Shown here: positions 31,565 to 34,396 of the stretch, in pieces
How the letters are laid out: every line of letters begins with the position of its first letter
How positions within the stretch are numbered: the first letter of the stretch is position 1
DNA from: Rozella allomycis CSF55
Lineage: Eukaryota
Length of the DNA: 34,396 bases
Direction: 5' to 3'
Assembly: GCA_000442015.1 (NCBI GenBank)
Contig: KE561110.1
Span: 1 to 34,396 of the forward strand
Made by a program: the position numbers and the translations under genes
The notes under the pieces: generated by a model
Seen by the model: only the letters and a program-made list of their open reading frames with translations
Databases searched by the model: none
Told to the model about the DNA's origin: nothing

Positions 31565-33457
31565 ATGGGTTCCCCTTCTACTCGCTTACAAGACTTACCA
31601 ATCGAGCTGGTTATGAAAATTCAAAGTTTTCTTCCAGAACACGACTGTATTTCATTCCTTTTATGTTTCCATTCCGTTGAGTTATTTAATGAAGCGTGCA
31701 AGATAAAATCGGATTATAATAAAATTTGTTCAGCTGGAGCAACAAGGTATCTACGCATATTTCTACCCAAATTAAAAAAAACAAGTGACTCTTTCTTAAC
31801 AAGTGCCAGTAGATTCGGACGCACTAATGTCTTGGACTGGTTCGTGAAAAGAGGTTTCGAATTGAAATGCCCTGAAGATGCTATAAACTGGGCCTGTAAC
31901 AATGGCCATGTTGATGTTCTTGAGTGGTGGAAGAAAAGTGGTTTAGAGTTGAAATGGAGTGAAGATGCTATGGATCTTGCTAGTGAAAATGACCATGTTG
32001 ATGTTCTTGACTGGTGGAAGAAAAGTGGTTTAGAGTTGAAATGGAATAAAGATGTTATGATCTATGCTAGTGGATATGGTCACTTGAATGTTCTTGAATG
32101 GTGGAAAAATAGTGGATTAGAGGTGCAATGGAGTGAAGATGCTATGGATCTTGCTAGTGAATATGGTCATGTTAAAGTGCTTGAATGGTGGAAGAAAAGT
32201 GGTTTAGAGTTGAAATGGAATAATTGGGCTATGGACAAGGCTAGTAAAAATGACCATGTAAATGTTCTTGAATGGTGGCAGAATAGTGGTTTACAGTTGA
32301 AATGGAGTATTAGGGCTATGGACTGGGCTAGTTGGAATGGTCACTTGAATGTTCTTGAATGGTGGAAAAATAGTGGTTTAGAGTTGAAATGGTGTGAATT
32401 TGCTATGAACTGGGCTAGTCAAAATGGTCACTTGAATGTTCTTGAATGGTGGAAAAATAGTGGAGTAGAGTTGAAATGGAGTGAAGATGCTATGGACTGG
32501 GCTGGTAGAGATGTCCATATTGATGTTCTTGACTGGTGGAAGAAAAGTGGTTTAGAGTTGAAATGGAGTGAAGATGCTATGGATCTTGCTAGTGAAAATG
32601 ACCATGTTGATGTTCTTGACTGGTGGAAGAAAAGTGGTTTAGAGTTCAAAGACGCTATGAACTGGGCTAGTGAATATGGTCACTTGAATGTTCTTGAATG
32701 GTGGAAGAATAGTAGATTAGAGTTAAAATGGACTTATTTGGCTATGGGTTATGCTAGTTCAAATGGTCATGTTAATGTTCTTGAATGGTGGAAGAATAGT
32801 AGATTAGAGTTGAAATGGAGTGAAAATGCTATGAACAGCGCTAGTGAATATGGTCATGTTAAAGTGCTTGAATGGTGGAAGAAAAGTGGTTTAGAGTTGA
32901 AATGGAGTGAAGATGCTATGGATCTTGCTAGTGAATATGGTCACTTGAATGTTCTTGAATGGTGGAAGAATAGTGGTTTAGAGTTGAAATGGAGTGAAAA
33001 TGCTATGAACAGCGCTAGTGAATATGGTCATGTTAAAGTGCTTGAATGGTGGAAGAAAAGTGGTTTAGAGTTGAAATGGAGTGAAGATGCTATGGATCTT
33101 GCTAGTGAATATGGTCACTTGAATGTTCTTGAATGGTGGAAGAATAGTGGTTTAGAGTTGAAATGGAGTGAAAATGCTATGAACAGCGCTAGTGAATATG
33201 GTCATGTTAAAGTGCTTGAATGGTGGAAGAAAAGTGGTTTAGAGTTGAAATGGAGTGAAGATGCTATGGATCTTGCTAGTGAATATGGTCACTTGAATGT
33301 TCTTGAATGGTGGAAGAATAGTGGTTTAGAGTTGAAATGGAGTGAAAATGCTATGAACAGCGCTAGTGAATATGGTCATGTTAAAGTGCTTGAATGGTGG
33401 AAGAAAAGTGGTTTAGAGTTGAAATGGAGTGACGATGCTATATATGAACAGCGCTAG
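31565..33457 (+). CDS. F-box-like + ankyrin-like tandem repeat protein (~19 repeats of 29 aa)
   Basis: LQDLPIELVMKIQSFL (F-box); repeats WSEDAMDLASEYGHLNVLEWWKNSGLELK (87-nt unit). The last repeat is frameshifted by a 4-nt duplication near 33440. Confidence 0.9.
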   Translation: MGSPSTRLQDLPIELVMKIQSFLPEHDCISFLLCFHSVELFNEACKIKSDYNKICSAGATRYLRIFLPKLKKTSDSFLTSASRFGRTNVLDWFVKRGFELKCPEDAINWACNNGHVDVLEWWKKSGLELKWSEDAMDLASENDHVDVLDWWKKSGLELKWNKDVMIYASGYGHLNVLEWWKNSGLEVQWSEDAMDLASEYGHVKVLEWWKKSGLELKWNNWAMDKASKNDHVNVLEWWQNSGLQLKWSIRAMDWASWNGHLNVLEWWKNSGLELKWCEFAMNWASQNGHLNVLEWWKNSGVELKWSEDAMDWAGRDVHIDVLDWWKKSGLELKWSEDAMDLASENDHVDVLDWWKKSGLEFKDAMNWASEYGHLNVLEWWKNSRLELKWTYLAMGYASSNGHVNVLEWWKNSRLELKWSENAMNSASEYGHVKVLEWWKKSGLELKWSEDAMDLASEYGHLNVLEWWKNSGLELKWSENAMNSASEYGHVKVLEWWKKSGLELKWSEDAMDLASEYGHLNVLEWWKNSGLELKWSENAMNSASEYGHVKVLEWWKKSGLELKWSEDAMDLASEYGHLNVLEWWKNSGLELKWSENAMNSASEYGHVKVLEWWKKSGLELKWSDDAIYEQR

Positions 33458-33799
33458 TAAAAATGACCATGAGGATGTTCTTGAATGGTGGAAGAAAAGT
33501 GGATTGGTATTAAATGCAATACTCGCAGAATTTACTATCTTACATTAATGGGAATATTACTTTTTCTTTTTTATATTCTTTCTTTGGACTTGTTTGGGTG
33601 CTTTCGGGTATGAGTTGTCGGGTGGTTTCACTATTATTTCATTTGAGTTTCTATTATGTATAATTTAAGTAAGATTATTACTCTGGGGACATTGAAACTA
33701 AAAAGAGTTAACTGATTTCTTTGTCGGAGTTATAATATTACAAAAAATAGTATTAAATTAGAATAAATATTTTTTTAAAGATCAAATATAATTTATTGA

Positions 33800-34300
33800 T
33801 AATAATTACTCCCTTAAGGAGGTTCGTAATGCTTGACTAAGTGTTGGAACAGGTTTATAGCCGGTTCAACACTGAATTCCTTCTTGTAAGAAATATGTAT
33901 TGTGTAAAAGGCCAAAGAGTGGACAAATCTAACTAAACCAAAATGAATGTTATCTTCCATTGATGGAAAGATATAATAAATTTGTTCTGGACTAATATTT
34001 AAAAAAATCATTTTTTGTTCTTGTAACCAGTCTGAATAAAACACATTTTTTGAGCATAGTTTGGACATGTAATAAATCGATGACATATTGTCTCTGGGTC
34101 TTCATTTGACACACATAGGGCTCATGTTCTCACAAAAATGACTTATTCTTTTGGCAGTCAGATATGATCCATTGAAAAATTTCCATAGGATTTGTTGATG
34201 ATATGGAGGGATTCCTTTTTTCATTTTCAGAATTAGTTTTTAAAATATTGTTATTAATTATGAGTTATTCAATTAAAAAGTATTTTAGTTTGAGATAATA
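33800..34300 (-). mobile_element. Degenerate LINE 3' end (zf-RVT-type CCHC finger)
   Basis: ILWKFFNGSYLTAKRISHFCENMSPMCVK* then, frameshifted, EDPETICHRFITCP, ending HYEPP*. Confidence 0.6.
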
Positions 34301-34396
34301 AAAATTCAAAGGAAATGTAGTATAAAGTTGGGTGCATTAAACATGGACGAGTTGTACACAGTACCTCATATTGTTAAAAAAGGAGAAACTATAACT

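Noticed and set aside
12182..32649. Short antisense or alternate-frame ORFs (e.g. 12182-12439, 17213-17629, 20391-20627, 32428-32649)
   Set aside because: Shadows of well-supported genes on the other strand or frame.
31900..33460. CRISPR-like or non-coding repeat array
   Set aside because: Units are 87 nt, in frame and encode ankyrin-like repeats. There are no unique spacers or cas genes, and the context is eukaryotic.

Overview
This is AT-rich eukaryotic DNA with tightly packed genes and very short (26-30 nt) GT-AG introns. I infer an early-diverging fungus, most consistent with a Rozellomycota (Rozella-like) parasite. It is stitched from pieces joined by 19 single Ns, so adjacency is only reliable inside N-free blocks, mainly 7600-13029 and 13031-25783. 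1-6.6 kb holds transposon debris (copia gag/integrase/RNase H plus an LTR, gypsy gag, an RNase H-bearing LINE). 7.6-13 kb holds housekeeping genes: eIF2-alpha, two small probably mitochondrial proteins, a HEIP1/REDIC1-like MNWTGG protein, an SLC35F5/Thi74-type transporter, tRNA-Gly(TCC) and cytochrome b5 reductase. 13-25.6 kb is the most interesting block, with five consecutive signal-peptide proteins. These include two head-to-head MACPF (perforin-like) paralogues with FAMeT-like and GON-like C-terminal domains, whose ATGs are 34 bp apart across a palindrome. Next to them is a secreted protein with a CAE...CxxC Zn-deaminase motif. The same block has a structured intergenic RNA candidate carrying a TTAGGG-complementary tract and Pol III A/B-box-like motifs (candidate telomerase RNA). 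25.7-34.4 kb holds a broken Crypton-like tyrosine recombinase with an insertion, RPA34-like and AlkD-like genes, a DNA-transposon end, a Helentron-like element, an F-box/ankyrin tandem-repeat gene and a LINE remnant. All homology calls come from motif recognition by eye; no searches were run.
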